A stretch of 64,000 nt of DNA, taken from positions 104,532,001 through 104,596,000 of the forward strand of contig OX597817.1 of assembly GCA_951406725.2 (NCBI GenBank). Direction: 5' to 3'. Positions 63,300-64,000 of the stretch are shown here, in pieces. The notes under the pieces were generated by a model that was not told the DNA's origin, did no database searches, and saw nothing but the letters and a program-made list of their open reading frames with translations. Source of the stretch: Octopus vulgaris. Lineage: Eukaryota. How positions within the stretch are numbered: position 1 is the first letter of the stretch; each line of letters starts with the position of its first letter. The position numbers were made by a program, and so were the translations under genes.

Positions 63300-63720
63300 T
63301 TATTCAAAAATGAAAGAGGCAAAGATTTGAGGGAAGACACTAGAAAGATGGACAGATATATTAAAATCTCTATAATCATGGAGGAAATGAAAGTGTTTGG
63401 ATACAAAATAATTTTAAAAAGAATCATACTTCTTAGAAGACAGCTGAAATGCATAAAGAAGAAAAAAAAACTGAACATATATACAAATGCAGAATTAATC
63501 TATGAATTACATGACAGTGAGGAAAATGCAAGATCCTACTTTTGATTTTCTTGACAGTATCATGGAAGCCAGGTGACATTAAGTGTACACTTCTCAAAAC
63601 CATGCCTCTTTTGAGTCATGTAAGGAGAGTTTCACTAAGAATCAAGATGAAGGAAGCTACAAAATCATGAAAGGAATAGACAAAGTACATGACAGTTTCA
63701 TGAAATTTATATTCAGCTCC
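63300..63720 (+). mobile_element. Very decayed CR1-like RT remnant
   Basis: KISIIMEEMKVFGYKII and YKIMKGID-like pieces. Similar decayed LINE debris at about 56000-57450. Confidence 0.3.
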
Positions 63721-64000
63721 TTCTACATCAAATACATCAGCTACAATTCCTTATCACCATCAAATGATGACTAATTACACACACTTTGACAACAGAACTG
63801 CTGAAAATAGATTCTGATGATAATTTTCTAAAGTATTAATCTCATCTTTAGAGTACTTATTTACTTGGCTTATTTAGAAATAAAGTTTCTTGTTCAAATA
63901 CAGCTTGGGATGAATGTTCATATTCAAATATTAAAACATTAGCTGACACTCAAAAATCAAACTGATTGAAAAGAAGTGTAAATATAAATATACTTTCTAT

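Overview
AT-rich, intron-rich animal genomic DNA. The repeat complement ((TGA)n-tailed RTE LINE ends, tRNA-derived SINEs, Penelope, mariners) suggests a coleoid cephalopod such as Octopus; this is an inference. Three spliced genes were reconstructed by hand. (1) The last two coding exons of an NT5DC2/3-family 5'-nucleotidase (+, stop at 3154). (2) A complete 8-coding-exon STK40 pseudokinase (-, 25264->8331, 447 aa). (3) A complete 6-exon MRPL19 (+, 32668->45433, 290 aa), head-to-head with STK40 and probably with a GC-AG last intron. From about 45.5 kb onward there are splice signals for the 3' end of an unidentified minus-strand gene: a terminal exon with two possible acceptors, a 15-nt microexon and a possible alternative last exon at 62.4 kb. 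Most long ORFs in the supplied track are transposon-derived (CR1, RTE, Penelope, two mariners). The most notable oddities are: a 28S rRNA fragment inserted in a mariner transposase next to its second catalytic Asp; a 45-bp hairpin with A-C mismatches at a Penelope end; a perfect 46-bp inverted duplication in a STK40 intron; a hammerhead-like motif; tandem hAT MITEs sharing a target site; and a STK40-MRPL19 linkage that may be ancestral. I found no clearly novel multi-gene system.
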